A stretch of 32,000 bases of DNA from Mycobacterium tuberculosis H37Rv (GTDB taxonomy: Bacteria; Actinomycetota; Actinomycetes; Mycobacteriales; Mycobacteriaceae), in contig NC_000962.3 of the NCBI RefSeq assembly GCF_000195955.2, forward strand, positions 4,200,001 to 4,232,000, read 5' to 3'. The notes beneath the pieces were generated by a model, which ran no database searches, was not told where the DNA came from, and saw only the letters and a list, made by a program, of their open reading frames with translations. The position numbers and the translations under genes were made by a program. Positions 9,582-18,240 of this stretch are shown here, one piece after another (position 1 is the stretch's first letter; every line of letters begins with the position of its first letter).

Positions 9582-11102
9582 CTAGCGCGGCGACGATTCG
9601 AGCGGTTGCCATCCGTCAAGTGGCAACCGCACCGCAAACTCGGTATATCCGGGTGAGCTACTCACGGTGATCGTTCCGTTGTGCGCCTTGACCACAGCGG
9701 AGACGATCGCCAGGCCGAGCCCGGTGCTACCGGCTTGGCGGGACCGTGACGTATCGCCGCGGGCGAACCGCTCGAAAACCTCGGACTGCAGCGCGGCCGG
9801 AATACCCGGCCCATTGTCGATCACCTGCAGCACGACGTGCGTCGGCCCGGTGCTCAAGCGCGTCGTCACGATCGTGCCGGGACCGGTGTGCACGCGGGCG
9901 TTGGCCAGCAGGTTGGTCACCACCTGGTGCAACCGTGCCGCATCACCCGGGATGACCACCGGTTCGGGGGGCAGGTCGAGCGCCCACTGGTGATCTGGTC
10001 CGGCAACATGAGCGTCGCTGACCGCGTCAACCGCAAGCCGCGACATGTCCACCGGTCCGCGTTCCAGCGGCCGCCCCGAGTCCAGACGCGCCAGCAGCAG
10101 CAGGTCCTCGACGAGACGTGTTATCCGCTCGGTCTCCGATGCCACCCGGCTCATCGCGTGTGCGACGGCCTCGGGATCGTCCCCTATCCGCTGCGTCAAT
10201 TCCGTGTAACCACGGATCGCCGCAAGGGGAGTTCGCAGTTCATGACTGGCATCGGCAACGAACTGGCGCACACAGGTTTCACTGGCCTGCCGCGCCGACA
10301 GTGCGGCAGCGATGTGGTCGAGCATCCGGTTGAGCGCCGACCCGAGTTGCCCCACCTCGGTGGAGGGGTTTGCGTCAGGTTCGGGCACCCGGACCGGTAG
10401 CTTGACCTCGCCGCGATCCAACGGTAGGTCGACGACTTCGCTCGCGGTTTGCGCGACGCGCCGCAACGGCGCCAGCGCCCGCTTGATGATGACGATTCCG
10501 GCGGTCGTCGCGGCGACCAACGCAATCACCGTGACGATTCCGAAAATGATCAGCATCTGCAACATCGTGGCGTCGACGTTGCCCATCGACAGGCCGGTGA
10601 CGATGACGTCGTGCCCGTTTCGGCTCGGAGCGGCCAGCACACGGTACCGGCCCAGACCGTCGAGATCCAGGGTCAGCGGTGTGCGGCTGCCGGCGATCCG
10701 TTCCAGCTGGGACCGGCCGGTTGACGTCAACGCCGCCCGCGAACCACTGCCGGTCAGATATCCGGCGGCGACCGTCGTGCCGTCGCTGACCACCGCCGCC
10801 ACCATCCCGGCCGGCTGGCCCGGAGCATCGAGAAACCTCGGACCGGGGCCCGACCGGATGTAGTTGTGCGTCTCGTGCCGCCAGGGCGGACGGGGCATTT
10901 TCTCCGGATACATCAACACCGAGCGGTACGACGTTCCGCCGAGTTGGTTGTCAAGTTGTGCCACCAGATGACGACGCAGCGCCATTTCGGTTGCCGCGGT
11001 GATTCCCACACACACCACGGCGAGGACGACAACCTGTCCGACCAGGAGCCGCAGCCGAAGCGACCAAATTCGCGGACTGCTAGCGGGCCGGCTTGAGCAC
11101 AT
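9582..11102 (-). CDS. tcrY: Two-component sensor histidine kinase TcrY
   Basis: HAMP-like region, H-box FVADASHELRTPLAAIRG, N-box VVTNLLANARVHT, G-boxes DNGPGIP and GLGLAIV. The longest start (11102) keeps the full first TM helix. Confidence 0.93.
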   Translation of the reverse strand: MCSSRPASSPRIWSLRLRLLVGQVVVLAVVCVGITAATEMALRRHLVAQLDNQLGGTSYRSVLMYPEKMPRPPWRHETHNYIRSGPGPRFLDAPGQPAGMVAAVVSDGTTVAAGYLTGSGSRAALTSTGRSQLERIAGSRTPLTLDLDGLGRYRVLAAPSRNGHDVIVTGLSMGNVDATMLQMLIIFGIVTVIALVAATTAGIVIIKRALAPLRRVAQTASEVVDLPLDRGEVKLPVRVPEPDANPSTEVGQLGSALNRMLDHIAAALSARQASETCVRQFVADASHELRTPLAAIRGYTELTQRIGDDPEAVAHAMSRVASETERITRLVEDLLLLARLDSGRPLERGPVDMSRLAVDAVSDAHVAGPDHQWALDLPPEPVVIPGDAARLHQVVTNLLANARVHTGPGTIVTTRLSTGPTHVVLQVIDNGPGIPAALQSEVFERFARGDTSRSRQAGSTGLGLAIVSAVVKAHNGTITVSSSPGYTEFAVRLPLDGWQPLESSPR

Positions 11103-11784
11103 AGCCGGCGCCGCGCAGCGTGTGAATCATGGGTTCGCGACCGTTGTCGATCTTTTTGCGCAGGTACGAGATGTACAGCTCCACGATATTGGACCGGCCG
11201 CCGAAGTCGTAACTCCAGACGCGGTCCAGAATCTGGGCTTTGCTCAGCACCCGCTTGGAGTTGTGCATCATGAACCGCAGCAGCTCGAACTCGGTGGACG
11301 TCAACGACACCGGTTCGCCGGCGCGCATCACCTCGTGGCTGTCTTCGTCCAGCACCAAGTCTCCGACCACTAGCTGGGCACCGCTGTCGACTGTCGTCAC
11401 CCCCGTGCGACGCAGTAACGCCCGCAGCCGAAGCACGACCTCCTCGATGCTAAACGGCTTGGTGACGTAGTCGTCGCCCCCCGCGGTCAACCCAGCTATA
11501 CGATCTTCCACCGCGTCCTTGGCCGTCAGCAGTAGAACCGGCAGGCCTGGATTCTCGCTGCGCAACTTGTGCAGCACGTCAAGACCGCTCATGTCAGGCA
11601 ACATCACGTCGAGCACAACCACATCGGGCCGCTGGCGGCGGGCCGCCGCAATCGCCGACGATCCGTCACCGGCGGTGGTGATGTTCCAACCTTCATACCG
11701 CAATGCCATGGACACCATCTCGGCCAGAACGGGTTCGTCGTCGACCACCAGCACAGTGACCGGTTGGCCATCGGCGCGCCGCAT
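11080..11784 (-). CDS. tcrX: OmpR-family response regulator TcrX
   Basis: Receiver domain VLVVDDEPVLAEMV...VVVLDVMLPDMSGLDVL...VLLLTAKD, and a winged-helix output domain (LTSTEFELLRFMMHNSKRVLSKAQILDRVW). Confidence 0.95.
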   Translation of the reverse strand: MRRADGQPVTVLVVDDEPVLAEMVSMALRYEGWNITTAGDGSSAIAAARRQRPDVVVLDVMLPDMSGLDVLHKLRSENPGLPVLLLTAKDAVEDRIAGLTAGGDDYVTKPFSIEEVVLRLRALLRRTGVTTVDSGAQLVVGDLVLDEDSHEVMRAGEPVSLTSTEFELLRFMMHNSKRVLSKAQILDRVWSYDFGGRSNIVELYISYLRKKIDNGREPMIHTLRGAGYVLKPAR

Positions 11785-12157
11785 TACGACACGCTCAACC
11801 GAGATGCGGTGCTGCGTCACAGCGTCAAGTATCCGCACACGGCTGAGCAGACGCCATGCGGATCCTATGTGCGCGCTATGAAACCCGATTTGGGGCACGT
11901 TCGGAGCCTGCCAGCGGGCCGGATCCGGGCGGTACCCCACTCACGTCGGCGCGCATGTTGGTACCAGTAGCGGCTGCTGGCGACCGGGCTGCTGAAGCAA
12001 ATCCCGCTGCCACGCTTGAGGCAGCGTCCCGGACCAACGCCAATTGGTCGCTCTCCGTCGCCGTTGTGGAAGTCGCCGACCCGGACAGTTCGATCAGACA
12101 TAGCCAAGGATCGGTAGCATGACGATACGCATTCCGATAGCGGGGAATTGAGGTGCC

Positions 12158-12982
12158 GTGACAGACACTTTGTTCGCAGATGTCTCCGAATATCAAGTGC
12201 CCGTGAATAACTCGTATCCCTACCGAGTGCTGTCGATCCGCGTCTGCGACGGCACCTATCGGGATCGTAATTTCGCGCACAACTACCGATGGATGCGCTC
12301 GGCATTCGACAGCGGGCGACTCACATTCGGAATCGTCTACACCTACGCCCGTCCGAATTGGTGGGCCAATGCCAACACCGTGCGCTCGATGATCGACGCA
12401 GCGGGCGGCTTGCATCCCCGGGTCGCGCTGATGCTGGATGTCGAATCAGGCGGGAACCCGCCCGGTGACGGGTCGAGCTGGATCAACCGGCTGTACTGGA
12501 ACCTGGCAGACTACGCCGGCTCGCCCGTGCGAATCATCGGTTATGCCAACGCCTACGACTTCTTCAACATGTGGCGTGTTCGCCCGGCGGGCCTGCGCGT
12601 CATTGGCGCGGGTTATGGTTCCAATCCGAACCTTCCCGGACAAGTGGCGCACCAGTACACCGACGGCAGTGGGTATAGCCCCAATCTTCCACAGGGCGCT
12701 CCACCGTTCGGTCGATGCGATATGAACTCTGCCAACGGACTAACACCGCAACAGTTTGCCGCCGCATGCGGCGTCACAACGACCGGAGGACCGCTGATGG
12801 CACTCACCGACGAAGAACAAACCGAACTACTGACCAAAGTCCGCGAGATATGGGACCAACTGCGCGGGCCCAACGGCGCCGGGTGGCCTCAGCTCGGACA
12901 GAACGAACAGGGCCAGGACCTCACTCCGGTTGACGCGATAGCGGTGATCAAGAACGACGTGGCGGCCATGCTCGCGGAATAG
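12158..12982 (+). CDS. GH25 muramidase / mycobacteriophage lysin-like protein
   Basis: GTG start; FADVSEYQVPVN (GH25 N-terminal DVSxxQ motif), VALMLDVESGG (GH25 catalytic DxE), IIGYANAYDFFNMW, and QVAHQYTDG...FGRCDMN at the domain end. C-terminal 70 aa tail (MALTDEEQTELLTKVREIWDQLRGPNGAGWP) is of a type seen in mycobacteriophage lysins. Confidence 0.8.
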   Translation: MTDTLFADVSEYQVPVNNSYPYRVLSIRVCDGTYRDRNFAHNYRWMRSAFDSGRLTFGIVYTYARPNWWANANTVRSMIDAAGGLHPRVALMLDVESGGNPPGDGSSWINRLYWNLADYAGSPVRIIGYANAYDFFNMWRVRPAGLRVIGAGYGSNPNLPGQVAHQYTDGSGYSPNLPQGAPPFGRCDMNSANGLTPQQFAAACGVTTTGGPLMALTDEEQTELLTKVREIWDQLRGPNGAGWPQLGQNEQGQDLTPVDAIAVIKNDVAAMLAE

Positions 12983-12995
12983 CCCGCGATCTCCG

Positions 12996-13940
12996 TCAGC
13001 TCGTGGCCCGCTGCGCGGATACGAAAAGGTTTGGCGGGATTGAGTCTTCGCCACTGTGAGGGATGCTGCGGCCATACCGAGCCAGCAGCTCGGGCAACGT
13101 TGCCGTCGACACGTCCCAGCCACGTTCACGCAGCCACTCGGCGACCGCGGTGCGCTGCTCTGCATACCAGAGGTCATCGACATCTGATATCTCAGTTTCG
13201 ACCAGCTTGGCTGCCGCGGCCCGCATCCGCCGCATGTCCGCACGCTGGCGTCGCATTCGCTCAGGGTCGAGAAAACCGGCGCCGGGGACGTTGGACGCCA
13301 ACCAACTGCCCGGCCTGCTGAGCGCATCGATACGCTCGAACAACAGATCCTGAGCCCGCGCCGGCAGGTACCGCACCAACCCTTCGGCTAACCACGCACA
13401 CGGCTTCGATGGGTCAAATCCGGCTTTCTGCAGTGCCTTTGGCCAGTCCTGACGAAGGTCTATGGGAACGTTCACCAGCTGCGAAGCCGGCTGCGCGCCA
13501 TGCTGGCGCAACGTGGCTGATTTGAATTCCAGCACCTTGGGCTGGTCCAGCTCGTACACCACGGTGCCGTCCGGCCAGGGCAGCCGCCAGGCACGCGAGT
13601 CCAGGCCCGAGGCGAGGATCACTACTTGCCTCACCCCAGCGTCGGCGGTAGCCAGGAAATACTCGTCGAAAAACGCGGTCCGGGCGGCCATGAAATCGAT
13701 CATCTGCTGTATCGGCGCCCGCAGGTCCGGGTCGAGGTCGGTCGCACCGGCCAGCAACGTGCGATTCGTGTACATGCTCCATATCCCGTCGCCGGCCGCG
13801 TCCACAAAGATCCGCGCGAACGGATCGTTGATCAATGGGTTGTCGCTCTCGGTCTCGGCCGCACGCGCCGCCGCCACACCCAGTGCGGTGGCGCCCACGC
13901 TCTCGGTAATGGCCCAGGAATCGTTGTCGGTCCGCGGCAC
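12996..13940 (-). CDS. S-adenosylmethionine-dependent methyltransferase (PPM1/LCMT-like, M. tuberculosis paralogue family)
   Basis: 314 aa: [63 protein letters not shown]. Confidence 0.92.
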
Positions 13941-14069
13941 AGTTAATCCTCCCCCAGGCCGGAAACGTCAGTTTTGCAAACTATTCTTCCAGCCGCCGAG
14001 GGGCCCGCGCGCTCGTCAAGAGTGTCCTACGCTTTCTCCCAGATGGTCTACAGGTTGCAGAGGAGCGCG

Positions 14070-14429
14070 ATGGGGTCCACGCCGCCACGTACGCCGCAGG
14101 AGGTATTCGCCCACCACGGCCAGGCGCTCGCCGCGGGCGACCTCGATGAGATCGTCGCCGACTACGCCGACGACTCCTTTGTCATCACTCCGGCCGGTAT
14201 CGCGCGCGGCAAGGAAGGTATTCGCCAACTGTTCGTCAAGTTGCTCGACGACATACCAAACGCACTGTGGGACTTAAAGACCCAAATCTTCGAGGGCGAC
14301 ATACTGTTCCTGGAGTGGACCGCGAATTCCGCGGTCAGCCGAGTCGACGACGGAGTCGATACTTTCGTATTCCGAGACGGCACGATCTGGGCGCATACCG
14401 TCCGGTACACCCCGCACCCCAAGACCTGA
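14070..14429 (+). CDS. SnoaL/NTF2-like protein
   Basis: 119 aa MGSTPPRTPQEVFAHHGQALAAGDLDEIVADYADDSFVITPAGIARGKEGIRQLFVKLL, a SnoaL-like fold signature. The ORF could extend to 13974 but would then overlap the upstream divergent region. Confidence 0.75.
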   Translation: MGSTPPRTPQEVFAHHGQALAAGDLDEIVADYADDSFVITPAGIARGKEGIRQLFVKLLDDIPNALWDLKTQIFEGDILFLEWTANSAVSRVDDGVDTFVFRDGTIWAHTVRYTPHPKT

Positions 14430-14614
14430 CGTTTCGAGCAGGTGGCGGATGTGGACCTCGAGGCGGTCGCCTATTACCGATCAGACCGAGGCACTGTTGT
14501 CTGACGCGGGCGGATACCCCCAGGGGGCGCGTTCCTCGCCGCGCACGAAGTCGGTAGGTTGCAGCCGCACTTTGCGGAGGAACCGCCTGCTGATCTGCCG
14601 GATAGGATGAGCCC

Positions 14615-14887
14615 GTGACGACGCTGAAGGAGCTTGGAGCACGGGTCGCCGCTCTGGAAGCGAACCAGGCCGACTATCGAGCCGTCCTCGCGGCCGTCAA
14701 CCCGCCGGGCGCCAACCAGCGAGAAATCGCGACGACCGTCCGGGAACACACCGGACGACTGGACCGCGTGACGACCAAAGTCGGCCAGCTCGCGGCCAAG
14801 TCCGACGACACCAATGCGCGGGTGCGGTCTCTGGAAGAGGGACAGGCCGAGATCAAGGACCTTCTGCTCCGCGCCCTCGACAAGTGA
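14615..14887 (+). CDS. Small coiled-coil hypothetical protein (90 aa)
   Basis: Heptad-rich MTTLKELGARVAALEANQADYRAV...RLDRVTTKVGQLAAKSDDTNARVRSLEEGQAEIKDLLLRALDK. Confidence 0.6.
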   Translation: MTTLKELGARVAALEANQADYRAVLAAVNPPGANQREIATTVREHTGRLDRVTTKVGQLAAKSDDTNARVRSLEEGQAEIKDLLLRALDK

Positions 14888-15011
14888 TTCTCCGAATGGC
14901 TGCGCGATTTTTTGAGCCCGGCATCGAACGGTGATCTGTGGTCGGTGAATCCGCGACACGCCGTGGTTTCGGGTCGTGCCGGATGGCGTCAAATGGCCAG
15001 CTCAGAACACC

Positions 15012-15040
15012 TTTCGAGACCACGATTTTCGAGACCACGA
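15012..15040. repeat. 15-bp-unit tandem direct duplication (TTTCGAGACCACGA-T-TTTCGAGACCACGA)
   Basis: Exact 14-mer at 15012..15025 and 15027..15040, read directly. Confidence 0.9.
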
Positions 15041-15199
15041 TCAGGTGCTGTTGCAGGCTCTCCTAAAGCCGTAGGGCGTGTTTGAACCGCACCATGATGG
15101 GGTGCGCGGACATCGGTTGGCGATACGGGCTCGAGGTTGCAGATCCTGTCCGCGCTCGTGGCCGGCACCCGAGCGACCCTGTCGAAGACCGCGCCTTGA

Positions 15200-15745
15200 T
15201 TACCTGGCGGTGAGCGCGAGCCGCCTGACCAGGGCCGCGAAGCACAGCGGCGCCAGCAGCCAGGTCAGCTGCATGGCCGCTGTCACCGGGTGACCACGAA
15301 ACCAGAACATCACCGGGTTGAACCACAGGTCGTCGACGTAGGACCAGGTCCCGGCGAGGATCGCCGACAACTCCACGGCCAGGGCCGTGAGCTGTCCCCA
15401 GAGCACCTGGACGGTCAGGCCGAGGGCGCCCGCGGGCTCGCCCGTGAGCGCTCGCGCCAGCAGCCAGCCCATGGTCAGGAGGGGACCATCCCACACGGAG
15501 TGGGCGAGCAGGAACACCACGGTGGGGAGCGGGAGCGGCGTGGCCCACTCGATGATCGGGGTGTTGGTCCAAGCGCTGAGCCCGAACACCGGCAGCTCCC
15601 AGACCAGACCGATGAGCGTGCCGAGCAACAGCATCCGCGCGAGCTCGGGTCGAGTCCTTCGAGCGCGCAGCATGAGCACCACGACCGCGAGCGCGACGAG
15701 CAGGTCGGCTACGTAGTAGCCATGGGCGAGGGGATCGTTATCCAT
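15200..15745 (-). CDS. Multi-pass integral membrane protein (181 aa, Rv3770c-like)
   Basis: MDNDPLAHGYYVADLLVALAVVVLMLRARRTRPELARMLLLGTLIGLVWELPVFG..., several hydrophobic segments. The upstream ORF extension (to 15874) reads into transposase debris. Confidence 0.65.
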   Translation of the reverse strand: MDNDPLAHGYYVADLLVALAVVVLMLRARRTRPELARMLLLGTLIGLVWELPVFGLSAWTNTPIIEWATPLPLPTVVFLLAHSVWDGPLLTMGWLLARALTGEPAGALGLTVQVLWGQLTALAVELSAILAGTWSYVDDLWFNPVMFWFRGHPVTAAMQLTWLLAPLCFAALVRRLALTAR

Positions 15746-15880
15746 AAGCGTGTTCTGTTGTATGCCACTAAGCATCGTATTTGCCTCCGCGAACCTTGGT
15801 GAGCAACAGTGACGAACAGTGACGGCGAGCCGCCAGTTGACCCGCACGTGGGCACAACGGCGAGCTTCCCGCACCGATGG

Positions 15881-16063
15881 CTACGAACCCCGGCCACGCA
15901 ACGCTATGCGGTCGCCAGCCAGCTGGGCGCGCAGGATCCGTTGGATCGCCCCAGCGGTACGGTCCGGGTTCTCGGGGCGCAGCGCCACCGCCAACTCCAG
16001 CACCTCGACCGGGGTGCGCAGCGTGCACTGGCACGGGTTTGGGCACCAAGGCGTCGAACCCAC
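15881..16063 (-). pseudogene. Transposase remnant, second fragment
   Basis: TPVEVLELAVALRPENPDRTAGAIQRILRAQL resembles the second HTH of IS481-like/Mu-like transposases. Confidence 0.7.
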
Positions 16064-16077
16064 CGGCGCGCCAGTCC

Positions 16078-16269
16078 CTAATTCCTAATCCAGCGGTCGA
16101 TGGTATGCCGGCTGATCCGAACCTTCCGCCCGAACGGGTCGGTGTGCTCACGGGAGGCCAGCTCGCGCACCATCTTTCCCCGCTCCTTGGTGGAATGCGC
16201 TGCATCGGCGGCCTCCCGGATCAACTGATACCGAAACAATCCGATCGCCCTCGCCCGCTCCGCGCGCAC
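16078..16269 (-). pseudogene. Transposase remnant, N-terminal fragment
   Basis: LFRYQLIREAADAAHSTKERGKMVRELASREHTDPFGRKVRISRHTIDRWIRN*. The expected continuation (DWRAGGFDALVPKP) is present in another frame. Confidence 0.75.
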
Positions 16270-16403
16270 CTCGCCTTATCATCGCCGACCGCCACCGGCC
16301 GCTCCTTTCCGTTTGGTGTCCCGTGAACACACGACAGCGCACAGGATTACGGCCCAATCGGCGGTTAGGGCAGGGTCGACTCGTGTTGCACCCACTCGCC
16401 GGG

Positions 16404-16838
16404 TCACCCCGGCGCCACCAGCCGCCCACCCGATACCGCCACCGCCGTCTCGGCCAGCGACACCGTGGACAGCGCGAACTGGCACTCGATCACGGTCACG
16501 ACCGCGGCGATCACCGTCACCGCATAGGCGAACACCCCGACGGCCGCATCCGGCATCACCGGATCCGGATCCACCGCGCGCAACATGACGGTGAACACCG
16601 ACCGAACCGCCTCGGCACGCTCGGCAAAGCGACGCAGCCAACCCCGCACCGTCTCGGCCGGGCGAGCCAAATCCGCGGCGATGCGGCGGAACCCGACCTG
16701 GCTCAAGGCCTTCTCCGCCGGCGCGGGCACAGCTCCACCACGTATGTGCGCTCGCAGCCCGACATGCTGGCCGACGGCGCGCAGAGTTGGGCACGAGTTG
16801 TGACAATCCGTGACAGCTTTCCCGGCGCCTGATACCAA
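16404..16838 (-). pseudogene. IS-associated helix-turn-helix accessory protein remnant (Rv3771c region)
   Basis: GFRRIAADLARPAETVRGWLRRFAERAEAVRSVFTVMLRAVDPDP...AVAVSGGRLVAPG. The first 40 or so residues look out of frame relative to the family. Confidence 0.6.
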
Positions 16839-16863
16839 CGGAACGCGTTTGCGCTAGTAAAGA

Positions 16864-16936
16864 GCGCGCCCGAAGAGATTCGAACTCCCAACCTTCTGAT
16901 CCGTAGTCAGATGCTCTATCCGTTGAGCTACGGGCG
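16864..16936 (-). tRNA. argV: tRNA-Arg (anticodon ACG)
   Basis: Minus strand GCGCCCGTAGCTCAACGGATAGAGCATCTGACTACGGATCAGAAGGTTGGGAGTTCGAATCTCTTCGGGCGC; 7-bp acceptor stem, loop CTACGGA, T arm GTTCGAAT. Confidence 0.97.
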
Positions 16937-16968
16937 CTTGTCTTCAGTTGTGTCCCCTAAAGGACTGC

Positions 16969-17056
16969 GGAGGCGAGAGGATTTGAACCTCCGGTCCCCT
17001 TGAAGGGGGACAACTCATTAGCAGTGAGCCCCATTCGGCCGCTCTGGCACGCCTCC
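16969..17056 (-). tRNA. tRNA-Ser (anticodon GCT)
   Basis: Minus strand GGAGGCGTGCCAGAGCGGCCGAATGGGGCTCACTGCTAATGAG...GGTTCAAATCCTCTCGCCTCC; long variable arm, loop CTGCTAA. Confidence 0.97.
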
Positions 17057-17133
17057 ATGGACTTCCCGAGAGTACCCGGACTCCCCGAGCCGCCGGAGGC
17101 CTAGCGTACACAGCCGCCACATATGCTGTCGAC

Positions 17134-18195
17134 GTGACCGCCCGCCTGCGACCCGAGCTGGCTGGGCTGCCGGTTTATGTGCCCGGCAAAACGGTGCCGG
17201 GCGCCATCAAGCTGGCCAGCAACGAAACCGTGTTCGGCCCGCTGCCCAGCGTCCGTGCCGCCATCGACCGGGCTACCGACACGGTCAACCGCTACCCCGA
17301 CAACGGCTGCGTGCAGCTCAAGGCCGCGCTGGCCCGGCATCTTGGCCCGGACTTCGCTCCCGAGCACGTCGCCGTCGGTTGCGGCTCGGTCAGCCTCTGC
17401 CAGCAACTCGTTCAGGTCACCGCCTCGGTTGGTGACGAAGTGGTCTTCGGCTGGCGCAGCTTTGAGCTCTATCCACCACAGGTCCGGGTCGCCGGCGCTA
17501 TCCCCATCCAGGTGCCGTTGACCGACCACACGTTCGACCTCTACGCCATGCTCGCCACGGTCACCGACCGCACCCGGCTGATCTTCGTGTGCAACCCCAA
17601 CAATCCGACCTCCACCGTCGTCGGTCCGGACGCGCTGGCCCGCTTCGTCGAGGCGGTTCCGGCGCACATCCTGATCGCCATCGACGAGGCGTATGTGGAG
17701 TACATCCGGGACGGCATGCGGCCCGACAGCTTAGGCCTGGTTCGCGCACACAACAATGTCGTTGTGCTGCGTACGTTTTCGAAAGCGTACGGCCTGGCGG
17801 GGTTGCGGATCGGCTACGCGATCGGCCACCCCGACGTCATAACCGCGCTGGACAAGGTCTACGTGCCATTTACCGTGTCGAGTATCGGGCAGGCCGCGGC
17901 CATCGCGTCCCTGGACGCCGCCGACGAGCTGCTGGCCCGTACCGACACCGTGGTTGCCGAGCGCGCCCGCGTCAGCGCCGAGTTGCGTGCTGCCGGGTTC
18001 ACGCTGCCGCCATCGCAGGCCAACTTTGTCTGGCTTCCGCTGGGATCCCGCACCCAAGACTTCGTGGAGCAGGCCGCCGATGCACGCATCGTGGTCCGCC
18101 CGTACGGCACGGATGGCGTTCGGGTCACCGTCGCCGCACCAGAGGAGAACGACGCGTTCCTGCGGTTCGCCCGCCGCTGGCGGAGCGACCAATGA
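17134..18195 (+). CDS. hisC2: Histidinol-phosphate/aromatic aminotransferase (PLP class I/II)
   Basis: 353 aa: LASNETVFGPLPSVRAAI, FVCNPNNPTSTVV, RTFSKAYGLAGLRIGYAIG (PLP lysine), VVRPYGTDGVRVTV. Confidence 0.93.
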   Translation: MTARLRPELAGLPVYVPGKTVPGAIKLASNETVFGPLPSVRAAIDRATDTVNRYPDNGCVQLKAALARHLGPDFAPEHVAVGCGSVSLCQQLVQVTASVGDEVVFGWRSFELYPPQVRVAGAIPIQVPLTDHTFDLYAMLATVTDRTRLIFVCNPNNPTSTVVGPDALARFVEAVPAHILIAIDEAYVEYIRDGMRPDSLGLVRAHNNVVVLRTFSKAYGLAGLRIGYAIGHPDVITALDKVYVPFTVSSIGQAAAIASLDAADELLARTDTVVAERARVSAELRAAGFTLPPSQANFVWLPLGSRTQDFVEQAADARIVVRPYGTDGVRVTVAAPEENDAFLRFARRWRSDQ

Positions 18196-18240
18196 GCGTG
18201 GCCCGTAAGAAAATTCGACGCCCACGCTCGAGCGTCACGG

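Larger units (their letters stand above)
15830..16838 (-). mobile_element. Decayed insertion element: frameshifted N-terminal transposase/integrase HTH fragments plus an upstream accessory HTH-like ORF
   Basis: Three minus-strand fragments in order read as parts of a transposase and its accessory protein (see component features). Boundaries are approximate. Confidence 0.75.

Noticed and set aside
11865-12415. Minus-strand ORFs (146 and 179 aa) in the tcrX/GH25 gap
   Set aside because: They overlap the GH25 coding strand antisense and have no recognisable motif; upstream non-coding DNA is the simpler explanation.
15063-15572. 169 aa minus-strand ORF MDQHPDHRVGHAAPAPHRG...
   Set aside because: Out-of-frame shadow of the membrane protein gene at 15200..15745.
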